A program made the translations under genes and the position numbers. The notes under the pieces are model-generated. The model saw nothing but the letters and a program-made list of their open reading frames with translations, had not been told where the DNA came from and made no database searches. Positions 33,163 through 44,036 of a stretch of DNA of 64,000 nt are shown here, in pieces (position 1 is the stretch's first letter; the number at the start of each line of letters is the position of its first letter). This DNA comes from Candidatus Hydrogenedentota bacterium (GTDB lineage Bacteria > Hydrogenedentota > Hydrogenedentia > Hydrogenedentales > JAEUWI01): assembly GCA_034669905.1 (NCBI GenBank), contig JAXMOL010000029.1:1-64000 (forward strand). The letters run 5' to 3'.

Positions 33163-33553
33163 AAACTACCTTTCCCCATGGGACTCCATTCGGCCCCCTC
33201 AAGTTGAACTGTTCATGATACCGGCTGCCTGGCGGAGCATCAAGCTATCGCGAGCAGGGTAATCGCATTAAAACTCAGTCACTCCCAAACAATAGAGGCC
33301 TGGTCGTGCGCGTGGGGCCTACCGGAGAGTAAACATCTGTCAGCGACCTGCACGAGCGTCCGACCTTCTCGCCAAGGGGGACGACTACCCACGCCACTCC
33401 TGCGCACGAACTTCACCATACTCGTTTAGACTCGTAGGTTGAAGATCGCGCGGCACGACCGAGGGAATCTTTTTTGAGACCGGTGACTTTTCATGCGATT
33501 GCCCTGCTATCGCAAGAAATCGGCCTGGCGGCGCTGTCCGCCCCGGAATGGCC

Positions 33554-34681
33554 TCAGGTCAGTGGATAGCCACAGGCCTGCAGAAGGCACTCTTGAACCA
33601 GTAACTCGTGTTCCAAGGGGTAGGGGTTTTCGATTTCGCCGCGGATGATTTGGGCCAGCTCCAACAGTTGGAGATCGTAGCGGGCGGGGACGTCGGGGAA
33701 GCTTACTTCCTGGTAACCGGCCTTGTAGGCACCGCGGGCCTTGGCGAGGGCCATCTGAAGGGAAAGTGGGCGGGATGTCTTGAATTGGTAGGTCTCCAGG
33801 GGGCGGATGTCGATGGTCCCTTCGTCGCCGACCACGACGAGTTGGCGCCGCCGGAACCCTTCGACTTCGAGGGAGGTGGTGCGGATGGTGGCGGTGGTTT
33901 TGGGATACTCGAAGACGACGAGTCCGTTATCGCACATCCCCCCGGCGTCGGAGCGCGTCTGGCGCATGAAGGGGACAATCCGGTCGGGCTTGCCCAGGAG
34001 GCCGACCACGAGATCGATGAGGTGGCAGGAATAGATAAACATCGTGCCGCCCTTAAACTGGGAGAGGTACTTTCGGTAGCGGGTGTCGGAGAACTTGCTC
34101 ATGACGGCGTGGACTTCGAAGACCTGTCCGAGCCAGCCCTCCTGGACGGCCTGGCGGCAGAACTGGACCGCCAGGTTATTTCGGTACATGTAGCCCACTT
34201 GTACCGTCAGATTGCGCCGGCCGGCCTCGTCTAAGACGGCTTTGAATTTGGGGAAGGACTCCCCCCCTGGCTTATCGAGGTGGATGTGCATGCCAGCGTT
34301 GATGCAGCGCCCGGCGATGTTCATTACGTGCGGGTCGTCCGAATCCACCTCCACGGCCACGGCCTGCAGGCCCTTGGTGTTGAGCAATTGCTCCTCGGTC
34401 ATCCAGGGCAGACCTTTGTAGATGGCGCTGTTTTCGTATTTCTTCCGTAGTGCGGGGTCGGGCTCGACGATGCCGACGACCTCGTAGTGCTCGCTGAGTT
34501 TCCGAAAGGTCTTCATTTTTTCCGAGGCGTGCTCGTGCCCCGTGCCAATCTGTCCGATCTTAATCCGCGGGGTGGGCGGCGTGGCGGCGAAGAGGTTGGG
34601 CGCCAGGCCCTGGGCGGCGACCACGGCGGCTCCTGCGCGGGCGGCGGTGGTTAAGAGTGTGCGACGGCCAATTTGAGTCAT
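33554..34681 (-). CDS. Gfo/Idh/MocA oxidoreductase with Tat signal
   Basis: GRRTLL signal; IGQIGTGHEHA; HIHLDKPGG; GYMYRNN. Confidence 0.9.
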   Translation of the reverse strand: MTQIGRRTLLTTAARAGAAVVAAQGLAPNLFAATPPTPRIKIGQIGTGHEHASEKMKTFRKLSEHYEVVGIVEPDPALRKKYENSAIYKGLPWMTEEQLLNTKGLQAVAVEVDSDDPHVMNIAGRCINAGMHIHLDKPGGESFPKFKAVLDEAGRRNLTVQVGYMYRNNLAVQFCRQAVQEGWLGQVFEVHAVMSKFSDTRYRKYLSQFKGGTMFIYSCHLIDLVVGLLGKPDRIVPFMRQTRSDAGGMCDNGLVVFEYPKTTATIRTTSLEVEGFRRRQLVVVGDEGTIDIRPLETYQFKTSRPLSLQMALAKARGAYKAGYQEVSFPDVPARYDLQLLELAQIIRGEIENPYPLEHELLVQECLLQACGYPLT

Positions 34682-34731
34682 GGGGGGCTCCCTGTTTTTT
34701 TTCAAATTCGTGAATCGTATTCTCAACAACG

Positions 34732-34815
34732 GTCATCTCCACGAAGGCGAAGATCCCGTAACGCAAGTACCGAAACCGGTGCTACCCGCTGGATTCCCGC
34801 CTGCGCGGGAATGAC
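34732..34815. repeat. GTCAT-type REP-like palindromes (ATTCCC-N8-GGGAAT family); a similar copy at 5962-5985
   Basis: gtcatctccacgaaggcgaagatcc ... ggattcccgcctgcgcgggaatgac; aattcctgccttcgcgggaatgat at 5962. Confidence 0.65.
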
Positions 34816-34968
34816 GTGCTAACATCACTTGCTTGTGGCCAAAGGCTGCGCCAAACCACTATCCACCATTGTCCTTTTTTTAAACAGGACAACTCTCGTA
34901 CGAGCGCGTATCCCAATCTCATTCTCTCGGTTAGAATCGCGGATCCTGGTTGGAGAAATTTCTAATTT

Positions 34969-35120
34969 TGACCACGGATAAATCGGAAGCCACGGATGAA
35001 ACAAAACAAAATACAAATAAGATTGCCAATCAGGATCTCGTCGGCACGAATAATTCAAGGGGCAATGTTCGATAGTTTCGCGTTCCCTGTCATCCGGGTC
35101 ATCCGATTTATCCGTAATCA
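34969..35120. repeat. ~31-bp imperfect inverted repeats with 9-bp periodicity around an AT-rich spacer
   Basis: tgaccacggataaatcggaagccacggatga ... tcatccgggtcatccgatttatccgtaatca. Confidence 0.7.
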
Positions 35121-35222
35121 ATAATTTGTTTGGGGCCGATACTTTTCGTGTAAATTGGTGTTCATTCGTGGTTCAACGTTTCTCACTGCGGCATGCTCAC
35201 TGCCCGCTGTAATTTTTCTCTG

Positions 35223-36665
<1,443 letters not shown>

Positions 36666-36780
36666 AGCTTCCCCTTTGCTTTGATTTTGATACGCGGTGA
36701 ATGTTTCATGGTAGGTAGTCTAATAGCAATCACGCAAGTTTTGCCTGGGCGTTTGTGTTGGTGGTGTGGCCGGGGATGGA

Positions 36781-37163
36781 AAACCCAGGGGCGGCCTCCT
36801 GTTCTTGGTGGTAACTCAAGGCGCGAAGTGGCGCTTTGGTGACTGCATTTCCAAGTGGCGCTTGGCAACGAGGGTGGCAGGGACGTTCTGCCGCCGCAAG
36901 GTGATGGGGTGGGATGTTTGCCGGCAGCCTTTTTGTAGGAGCTGGTGTCGCCGGAGTGTCCTTCGGGCGGCTGCACGTCCCGGTGGGGCGTTGCAGAGGT
37001 GGCGGCTTTTCGGGATGGGGCTTGTGAGGGAGTCGTGGGGCGTCGAGCCTACGGCCACCGGGACAGGAACGCGCGTTAGCGTGGTGGCGGTGATGCAATG
37101 GGTGCGGGTTGGCGCGACGCGACCGCGACTCCGCAGGGCTCTTGGGCGCGATACCGTCCCTTT
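36781..37163. repeat. REPIN-like unit 1 (degenerate left end ...aggggcggcctcc, right end ataccgtccctt) with nested palindromes
   Basis: Ends resemble those of the units at 40607-40793 and 42336-42484. Confidence 0.55.
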
Positions 37164-37485
37164 GGTGCGCTTTCGGGTGGGAAGGGGTCGCCCCTATGGA
37201 GCGCCGACGGCCTGTCGGCATGGGTGCCAATGGCACCTCATCGGAGTCCGCTCTTGGAGCCGTTGGGACCCCTTCGACCTTTTTGACATTGCTAATAAGT
37301 CATAGGGATACTATAGAAGTAATTCGGTCATGGGCAGGGTTGAGTGATATAGCGGCGAGCGACAAAGGCCTGGTTAAAACGGCAGGAGCGATACCATGTG
37401 GGGTACGAATATCTGGGGTGCTTGGACTGATGGCTGTAATCCATATAGAAGAAGAGGGATAAGGGTGACGGTCTCTGGTTGTTTC
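37043..37485 (+). repeat. ~440-bp direct repeat, copy 1, with candidate promoter TTGACA-N18-GATACT (37283-37312)
   Basis: Near-identical to 40671-40953 up to 37325, then diverged but alignable to about 41110. Confidence 0.9.
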
Positions 37486-37486
37486 A

Positions 37487-37600
37487 ACTTCCTCGACCAG
37501 TTGGACGGGCTGTCGGACCGTGTGCTACGCCCTAAAAAGCCGGGCCGCCCCAAGAAGCGTGCGGGGGAAAGGGTAGAATTACGTAGTCTGTCCCTTGGTT
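37487..37600 (+). pseudogene. Probable C-terminal remnant of a REP-associated tyrosine transposase (RAYT), followed by the end motif GTAGTCTGTCCCTT
   Basis: Translates FLDQLDGLSDRVLRPKKPGRPKKRAGER, like the LE..LGR.L.P.KRGRPKK tail recognisable in RAYTs. Confidence 0.55.
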
Positions 37601-37602
37601 CT

Positions 37603-39255
37603 TTGAATTATCAACATACAGATTCCAGCCGAGTGGTCGTGTCGGTGGCGGGCGGCGATGCGCCCCTGGAATTGAACCGGGGGACGAGTTCGCCCACCAG
37701 ACGCTATATTACGGTGCGGGGAGGGACGGCCTTGTCGCTGACGGCCGAGTCGAACAATCCAAGTGGTACCGGCTTGCGGGTCTATGGCGAGTATTCGCAA
37801 GCGTCGACCAACGCCCTGTCGAGTTCTTCCGTGATGACCATTGCGGCACCTTATGTGGCGATCAGTGGTGGCGCGGCACCCTACGGCACGGGCACGGTAA
37901 TGGGTACGATGGCGAACGGCCAGGCGGTGGTGGCCATGGGGGATTTGGAAATTCCCATTACGATGGACCGCCTCGTCTACCCGCTGCCGAACCCGACCAC
38001 GGCGCCCTGGACGAAATGGACCGAATTCCAGTGGCTTCCTGACCCGGGGTTCTACGTCTATTCGGTAACCAGTCCCGATGCCACCGACCAAAACCCCAAT
38101 CCGACCGGCAGCGCCGAAACGCGGCCCATGAAAATCCTGACCTTGAATGACGCGGAGTGTCTGGATGATTGTGATCTGAACGAACACGGAAACGCCAAGC
38201 TCATCAACGCCAAGCGCTACTACATGGGGCCCCGAGCGAATAACCCCAATGGGGAGTTGGTGGGCTTACGCCCGGTGACACACCCGGGCCATGTCTTCAA
38301 GGGCTTTGACATCTCCGGTACGGACAATGTCTGGCTCGCCGAAGATGAGGAGGTGGACGATTTCTACAGTCTGTCCGATATAACTGGTCCGGCCACAAAG
38401 AACGGGGATGGACTGTACATGTGCGAGGAAACGGAGCCCCTGTATATTGAGATGTCTGAGAGTGTTAGTGTGACGCCGGTGTTTGAGGGGCCACCAGAGC
38501 TTTACTGGTTTTGCAGGGCGCTGTGTTTGCCACAGAAACGAACTACCATTGGAATTGGTGAAGAAGTTTCCGTTCATGCACTCGGCAGCGATGGTCAGAT
38601 CTACGGACAGTCTGTACGGTGGGATATTGAGGGCATCGGTGCCAAGTCGATCTCGCCGTCTTACGGTAAGAATGCAATTTTTACGGCGGCAAAAGTTGTC
38701 GGTCCAGCATCGGCAACCGTTTTCGCCTATGATGGTGATTGCGTTGTTGCTGAATTGCATTTTACGGTGCTCAGCCCGACAGGAGAAGCAACCGTACATG
38801 ATTCCGATGACAGCCCATGGCAGAGTGGGAGTGAGGCTCTCAGTGCGAGGACCATATTCGAAGTGACGGTTCTTCCCAATACGGTATGTTTCGGGAATAT
38901 CCAAATTGATGAAGAAGATGATGAGGTCTCTAGTCCTTGGCCCAATGAAGGCATGGGTGATTGGTCTACGTCGTCTGGCTCAACGTTTGATGTAGAGTGC
39001 GACAACACGTTCTTGGACTATTTCACAGAAGACTTGGCGCTCAAGTGGAATTTCTTTATAGATGATACTGACAGTTATGTGGATTTCAATGCCCTATTCA
39101 GTTTTCGCAATAGATTTCCAACTGATTCCGGTACTTGGGTCTACTACGCGGACGTCGAAACTTGGGTAGAATATAAACCTAGTTTTTACTTCATGACCCG
39201 ACACAAACGAAACGGTGTTTCAGGAGATTGGGTGGGGCCATGGCGTTATTGGTGA
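37603..39255 (+). pseudogene. 5'-truncated fragment of a large surface protein (divergent InlB-B-like repeats plus a lower-GC C-terminal domain)
   Basis: Homology starts abruptly after the end motif; no signal peptide; PGHVFKGF and YIEMSESVSVTPVFE repeat-like motifs; C-terminal RTTIGIGEEV domain. The frame is open from 37396, but that 5' part is chimeric. Confidence 0.6.
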
Positions 39256-39319
39256 TAGGATCTAATAATGAAAACCAAGGGGCGCGCGCAAGTGACAAGC
39301 CGCGAAGAAAGGTGTTGCT

Positions 39320-40177
39320 GTGAAATATAATTCGATGCTCCTCGTTAGAGTGTTCATTTTGGTTGGGGTGATGCCAAGCTTGGCGTTTGCTGATGCACTC
39401 CAAGATGAGCTGGATGCGTTGCATACAGAGATCGTTCAGCACGAGGGAGCCGTCGGCGAAGGGGAGCTGAAATATCTTGAGTTGGTAAAGGAATACAATA
39501 AGCCGGAACAAGTCGGTCGTATATACGCCGGGTTGGCAGATATGTTTTTCGATTTAGGGTCGGCCGATACGGATTCCGTAAAAAAATACGCTCGATTGGC
39601 TTTGACTTATCCGTTGGATCCATTAATATCAATGAAAATGTATTTAATTCTTGGCGAAGTGTTGGGTCGTCACGATGAAGGCCGGAATATGCCTGCGGGT
39701 GCGTTGACCAATAGTACTATTGCCTACATGAAGGGGCTCAGGGTCGGGATAGACCAAAAACTGCCCGATGACCTTCGCGAACCTTTAAAGACCTTCGCAC
39801 TCCGCGGGAGCGGGCCTGACTACGAGCGGCTACAACGGGAAAACGAGGAGCGGCGAGAGGCTCGAAGAGAATGGTCCCGAATCAAGGAGTTATTGGATAT
39901 GCGGGACACGTTAGAGAGGCGACTATTTTTTTCTTATTGTGAAACTGAGCGATCGGAGAGGGAGTTGAAGGAGTTGGCGATTCAGTATCTGGCGGACGAA
40001 TTTGCAACAACAAGACTTCTTGCCCGATTCAAGAAAGCAAAGGATGAACTTGCCGGCATAGCGATTGAGGGCCCGTCTGTGCTGTATCCGCACGCGCCTG
40101 CCGATTTTCGTGAGAGAATGGGCCTGGGCCCCGTCTTGGAGTCGACCAAGAGCGAGGTAGTCCGCCAGAAAGAGTGA
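39320..40177 (+). CDS. Secreted helical hypothetical protein (partner/immunity-like)
   Basis: Signal peptide ending SLAFA-D; lower GC; directly follows the C-terminal domain fragment. Confidence 0.75.
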   Translation: MKYNSMLLVRVFILVGVMPSLAFADALQDELDALHTEIVQHEGAVGEGELKYLELVKEYNKPEQVGRIYAGLADMFFDLGSADTDSVKKYARLALTYPLDPLISMKMYLILGEVLGRHDEGRNMPAGALTNSTIAYMKGLRVGIDQKLPDDLREPLKTFALRGSGPDYERLQRENEERREARREWSRIKELLDMRDTLERRLFFSYCETERSERELKELAIQYLADEFATTRLLARFKKAKDELAGIAIEGPSVLYPHAPADFRERMGLGPVLESTKSEVVRQKE

Positions 40178-40228
40178 CGGTAAACCCAGGAACACCCAGG
40201 GACGGACTACTATTTTGACAGCGATTGA

Positions 40229-40606
40229 GTGTGCGAGTCGGTAGGCGATGTTCATTACTGGCATGACCTTGTGGTAAAGGCCTCATTTCCGGTGGGTACG
40301 GAGGTGCATGTGAAGGCGACGGATGAGGACTGGTTTTTGAGTTGGATGGCGAAGGGTTCGCTGCTCCATGGGAGTCCCGTTGCCGAGGATAGTTTCATGC
40401 TGACGCAGGATACCACGGTGATTGGCCTGGCGAAGGGTGCTCAGAGCTTGAATTATCAACATACGGATTCCAATCGGGTGGTCGTGTCGGTGGCGGGCGG
40501 CGATGCGCCCCTGGAGTTGAACCGGGGGACGAGTTCGCCCACCAGACGCTATATTACGGTGCGGGGAGGGACGGCCTTGTCGCTGACGGCCGAGTCGAAC
40601 AATCCA
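40229..40606 (+). pseudogene. Internal fragment of the same surface-protein family, ending in the 159-bp shared segment
   Basis: 40448-40606 matches 37603-37761 at 154 of 159 nt; flanked on both sides by AGGGACGGACTAC motifs. Confidence 0.7.
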
Positions 40607-40793
40607 GAAAACTTAGAGAAAACTTAGGGACGGACTACCGTTTCTTGGCAGCGACTGAGGGTGTGAGGCCTCGAGCCTACGGCCACCGGGACAGGAACGC
40701 GCGTCGGCGTGGCGGAGGTGATGCGACGGGTGCGGGTTGGCGCGACGCGACCGCGACTACCCAGGGCATTTGGGCGCGATACCGTCCCTTGGG
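40607..40793. repeat. REPIN-like unit 2 with inverted ends and a duplicated left terminus
   Basis: gaaaacttag-agaaaacttag-ggacggactac ... gataccgtcccttggg. Confidence 0.7.
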
Positions 40794-41110
40794 TGCGCTT
40801 TCGGGTGGGTAGGAGTCACCCCTATGGAGCGCCGACGGCCCGTCGGCATGGGTGCCAATGGCACCTCATCGGAGTCCGCTCTTGGAGCCGTTGGGACCCC
40901 TTCGACCTTTTTGACATGGGTAATAAGTCATAGGGATACTATAGAAGTAATTCACGGGCGACGGCGCTCGTGTTGCATTGCGGCAAGCGACAGAGGCTTT
41001 GGGGAAACGGCAGGAGCAAATCCATGTGGGCTTCGAGTGCCAGGGGTGCCTGGACTGATGGCGCTACTCCATGCAGGAAAGAGGGGTTTTGGTGACTGTC
41101 TCTAGTCGGT
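40671..41110 (+). repeat. ~440-bp direct repeat, copy 2 (candidate promoter/leader of the ORF at 41138)
   Basis: Matches 37043-37485. Confidence 0.9.
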
Positions 41111-41137
41111 TCCTGAGTATCGAGAGAGGAAATCAAC

Positions 41138-42256
41138 ATGAAAAGAGTGCCTATCACAAGACTTCTTATTCTCTTGGTGTTTACCACTCCGGCATTTGGA
41201 GTTGCCGACTCTGTCGGCACGGAAGAGGAGCACGTCTATGTGGTTTCCGCCCAAGATTATAATGGTCCACTCTATCGTCTAAAGATGGCCCTCGATGCAA
41301 AATTGGAACCTGTGGGTCACTTTCCACCGCTTCAGTATTCTCGGTCCTCAATAGCCTTCAGGCCTGGTCACGACGAGGTGTACGAATTCAAAGGCAATCG
41401 AATCGGTGTACTCAATTTGAATTCGGGGCGTACGCGGGAAGTCGTTGTTGACGCTGTTAAATACTTCGGAAGAGCTACCGTTTTTTCTGAAGAGGGCGAC
41501 TACCTTTACACCAATGCAATCGAGCCTGACGGGAAGGGGTATGTCGGTGTAGTCATCGACCCAGAGAAGGGTACGGTACTAAAGCGGATTCAAGAAACTA
41601 GAAATTTCTTTGATACGGCTTGTTTTCTTGTTGGCGAACAATCGCTTCTCTACGGAAGCCGTCGCGGTTTGGTAAATGTGCCTATCACAGGTGACCGTGG
41701 TGAGTCGGTTATTTCTTACTTCACCACCACCAGCAATTTCATACCCTCGGATATTTCTATTCGCGGCGGTACTGTCTACGTTCTTGCTCACGGGCAGAAG
41801 GAGAATGCAGGGTATACCGAGCTGTTGAGAAGAACTGAAAACGAACTGGAGTTCTTGGGTAAGATGCGTGGCGAACCCTTCGGAAACAACGGTGTGAAGG
41901 GGGATTGGTATTCCTTCGAATGGGAAACCGATACGGTGAACTGTCTCGGGGACGTGAAACCTTCTTACAGAGCCTCGTTGATGGAGCAATTGGGGAAAGA
42001 GCGGTTCAAGAAGTATACAGGCGATGAGAAGACTGGGTACAAGTATGTACTTGACGATCAGTACGTGTACTTGGATGATATCCATTTTACGGATGCCCAT
42101 CTCGCACCAAGTGGTAATTTCAGTGTTTTCGTTCACGATGGCGGAGAACGGCGCCCAAGCTTTGTCGTTCTGAGAGACAACAAGAACGGGAAGTGGGGCA
42201 GAATCCAATGTCTTTCAAAGATTGGTCCAGGAATGACGAACATCGTTTTCGATTAG
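41138..42256 (+). CDS. Secreted hypothetical protein, probable beta-propeller
   Basis: GAGAGG RBS; signal peptide (TPAFG); SIAFRPG, VFSEEGDYLY, LAPSGNF blade-like motifs; lower GC. Confidence 0.75.
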   Translation: MKRVPITRLLILLVFTTPAFGVADSVGTEEEHVYVVSAQDYNGPLYRLKMALDAKLEPVGHFPPLQYSRSSIAFRPGHDEVYEFKGNRIGVLNLNSGRTREVVVDAVKYFGRATVFSEEGDYLYTNAIEPDGKGYVGVVIDPEKGTVLKRIQETRNFFDTACFLVGEQSLLYGSRRGLVNVPITGDRGESVISYFTTTSNFIPSDISIRGGTVYVLAHGQKENAGYTELLRRTENELEFLGKMRGEPFGNNGVKGDWYSFEWETDTVNCLGDVKPSYRASLMEQLGKERFKKYTGDEKTGYKYVLDDQYVYLDDIHFTDAHLAPSGNFSVFVHDGGERRPSFVVLRDNKNGKWGRIQCLSKIGPGMTNIVFD

Positions 42257-42273
42257 GGGGAAGGGAAGGAAAA

Positions 42274-42484
42274 GGCGGCGATGCGCCCCTGGAGCTGAAC
42301 CGGGGATAGGTTCGTTGACCAGACGCTATATCACGGAAAACCCAGGGGCGGACTGCTGTTTCTTGGCAGCGACTGAATCCGCGAGGTGGCGTATTGCAAT
42401 GGGCTACGATATCTACGCTTCCCAAACGATCTCCCAGAGGGCCTATGGAGCTCGGACGCCCGACGCGATACTGTCCCTTGGGTG
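42274..42484. repeat. Degenerate third copy of the shared coding segment (42274-42336) fused to REPIN-like unit 3 (42336-42484)
   Basis: ggcggcgatgcgcccctggagctgaaccgggg..accagacgctatatcacgg; gaaaacccaggggcggactgctgtttcttggcagcgactga ... gatactgtcccttgggt. Confidence 0.75.
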
Positions 42485-42619
42485 TTGAAGCAGCTGCACG
42501 TGTGCCTTTCTTTGATGGCGCTCAAGGCGGCGCGTTTTCCAAAGCGGCATGGCGGGGGGGAGGTAGGCCTGCGCGGAACATTGCCGTTCGCGCGCTTCGA
42601 GGCCCGCAAGTTCACCTCC

Positions 42620-43804
42620 TCAACGGCTGTGAGTTTTGCCGTTGTGATGCTGCTCGTAGTGCTGCCGCAGTAAGTCCTTGCCGTAGTCATTGCCATTGGG
42701 CGTTCGGACCACGGCGTGGATGTGGTCTCGGGATGGTTCGCGGGAGCGGAAGGGGGCCACGCGATTCTGGTGGTCGAATTCGATGAGGATGACCGGGCTA
42801 TGAATGCGATAGTAAAAGACGCTGTCTTCCCGGGTACTTCCAACCCACGCGAAATAGGTGCGATCGAGGTGCTGCTTCACTTCCTCCATTTTAATGGCGG
42901 CGTGCCCCTCCTTCATGTTGCCGACATATAGGGCGATGACGTCGAGCAGGCGTTGCGTTTGCGCTTCGTCGAGATTGGCGCATTCCAGGCCGGTGTAGTC
43001 GAGATCCAGGTTGTCCTCGTAGGCCTGGGCGAGTGCGTTGTTGCCTGCTTTCACTTCCGAAATGGTCGCCTGTTTCTGTTGGTCTTCGTTGAGGGACTGC
43101 ATAAACTGCAAGCCCTTGTTCTGTTCATCTTGCAGGATAATCGTGCCCTTGAATTTCCCCGACGTGGCATGGACCGGTTCGCTGCCGACGAAGACGGGCG
43201 ACATGACGACCTGATCGCCCAGCACGAAGTAGTTGATGACAAGGTGATGGCCGTCGAGCTGCCAGCCCCAGGGTTCGGTGGGTGATGGTTCCCCCATGAT
43301 CGTGATCCAATACAACCATTCGCCATACTCATCGTATTTCTCGGTCAGTTCGGCCAGGGTGCCGTTGAGTTTCATGATGTCCTGCGTGAGCTTGAGCCCT
43401 TTTGCGCTCAGGCTGGCACGGAGCAGCCCAAAGGCGCGTCCCCGTTGTTGTTCATCCATTTCGTCAAACCCAACGCCCTGGCGTTTGGGGCGGTGACGAT
43501 TGTCCCACTTCCTCCACTCGGAATCATCCACCGGAAAGATGGTCTGCTCCCGCTGGGATTCCTTCAATCCCGCAAGAAAATCCTCGGCCGCGCTGACCAC
43601 GGGCGCGGTAGTCACCCCCGTGGATTTGATTCTAAACAAGCCGGTTTCGATTTTTCCGTCGGCCGCCACGCCACGGAACGGTTGTTGCAGGGAATCATCG
43701 CCCCCGCCACGGGGTCCCCGTTGGGGTGGTTGGGAAACGGCGGTGATGCCAATCAACAAAACAGCGGCCAATCCCGCACAAAGGGCTACATGTTTTCTTT
43801 TCAT
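42620..43804 (-). CDS. DUF3500 domain protein, secreted
   Basis: [47 protein letters not shown]. Confidence 0.88.
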   Translation of the reverse strand: MKRKHVALCAGLAAVLLIGITAVSQPPQRGPRGGGDDSLQQPFRGVAADGKIETGLFRIKSTGVTTAPVVSAAEDFLAGLKESQREQTIFPVDDSEWRKWDNRHRPKRQGVGFDEMDEQQRGRAFGLLRASLSAKGLKLTQDIMKLNGTLAELTEKYDEYGEWLYWITIMGEPSPTEPWGWQLDGHHLVINYFVLGDQVVMSPVFVGSEPVHATSGKFKGTIILQDEQNKGLQFMQSLNEDQQKQATISEVKAGNNALAQAYEDNLDLDYTGLECANLDEAQTQRLLDVIALYVGNMKEGHAAIKMEEVKQHLDRTYFAWVGSTREDSVFYYRIHSPVILIEFDHQNRVAPFRSREPSRDHIHAVVRTPNGNDYGKDLLRQHYEQHHNGKTHSR

Positions 43805-43904
43805 TGGAAAATCCGTTCTCCGGTGTTTTTCTTGGTAAGTAGGGTTTTCGCCGTCATAACATGGGGCCTGAAAGCGGCGTATGGAGGCGCAACAGAAAAC
43901 CATT

Positions 43905-43980
43905 TCTATGTGCTCTTTGCGTTCTTTGAGGTTACAAACAAGGAGCTTTTCAACCACAAAGAACGCAAAGAACACAAAGA
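43905..43980. repeat. 29-bp inverted repeat built from 9-bp units
   Basis: tctatgtgctctttgcgttctttgaggtt / aaccacaaagaacgcaaagaacacaaaga (26 of 29 complementary). Confidence 0.75.
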
Positions 43981-44036
43981 TGGGCTGCCGTGTGGTCTTA
44001 AAAAGCGGGTCTGCAAAATAGAGACCGCCCACAATT

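Noticed and set aside
37326..37485. Known riboswitch in the duplicated leader
   Set aside because: I could not match c-di-GMP, SAM, TPP or cobalamin consensus by eye; left only as a candidate leader.
37603..40606. Diversity-generating retroelement TR/VR pair
   Set aside because: The 5 mismatches are not adenine-restricted (they include G/A and C/T changes) and three are synonymous; no reverse transcriptase is in the window.
36781..42484. Integron cassette array with attC sites
   Set aside because: Repeats lack the RYYYAAC...GTTRRRY attC ends, cut inside genes, and no IntI is visible.
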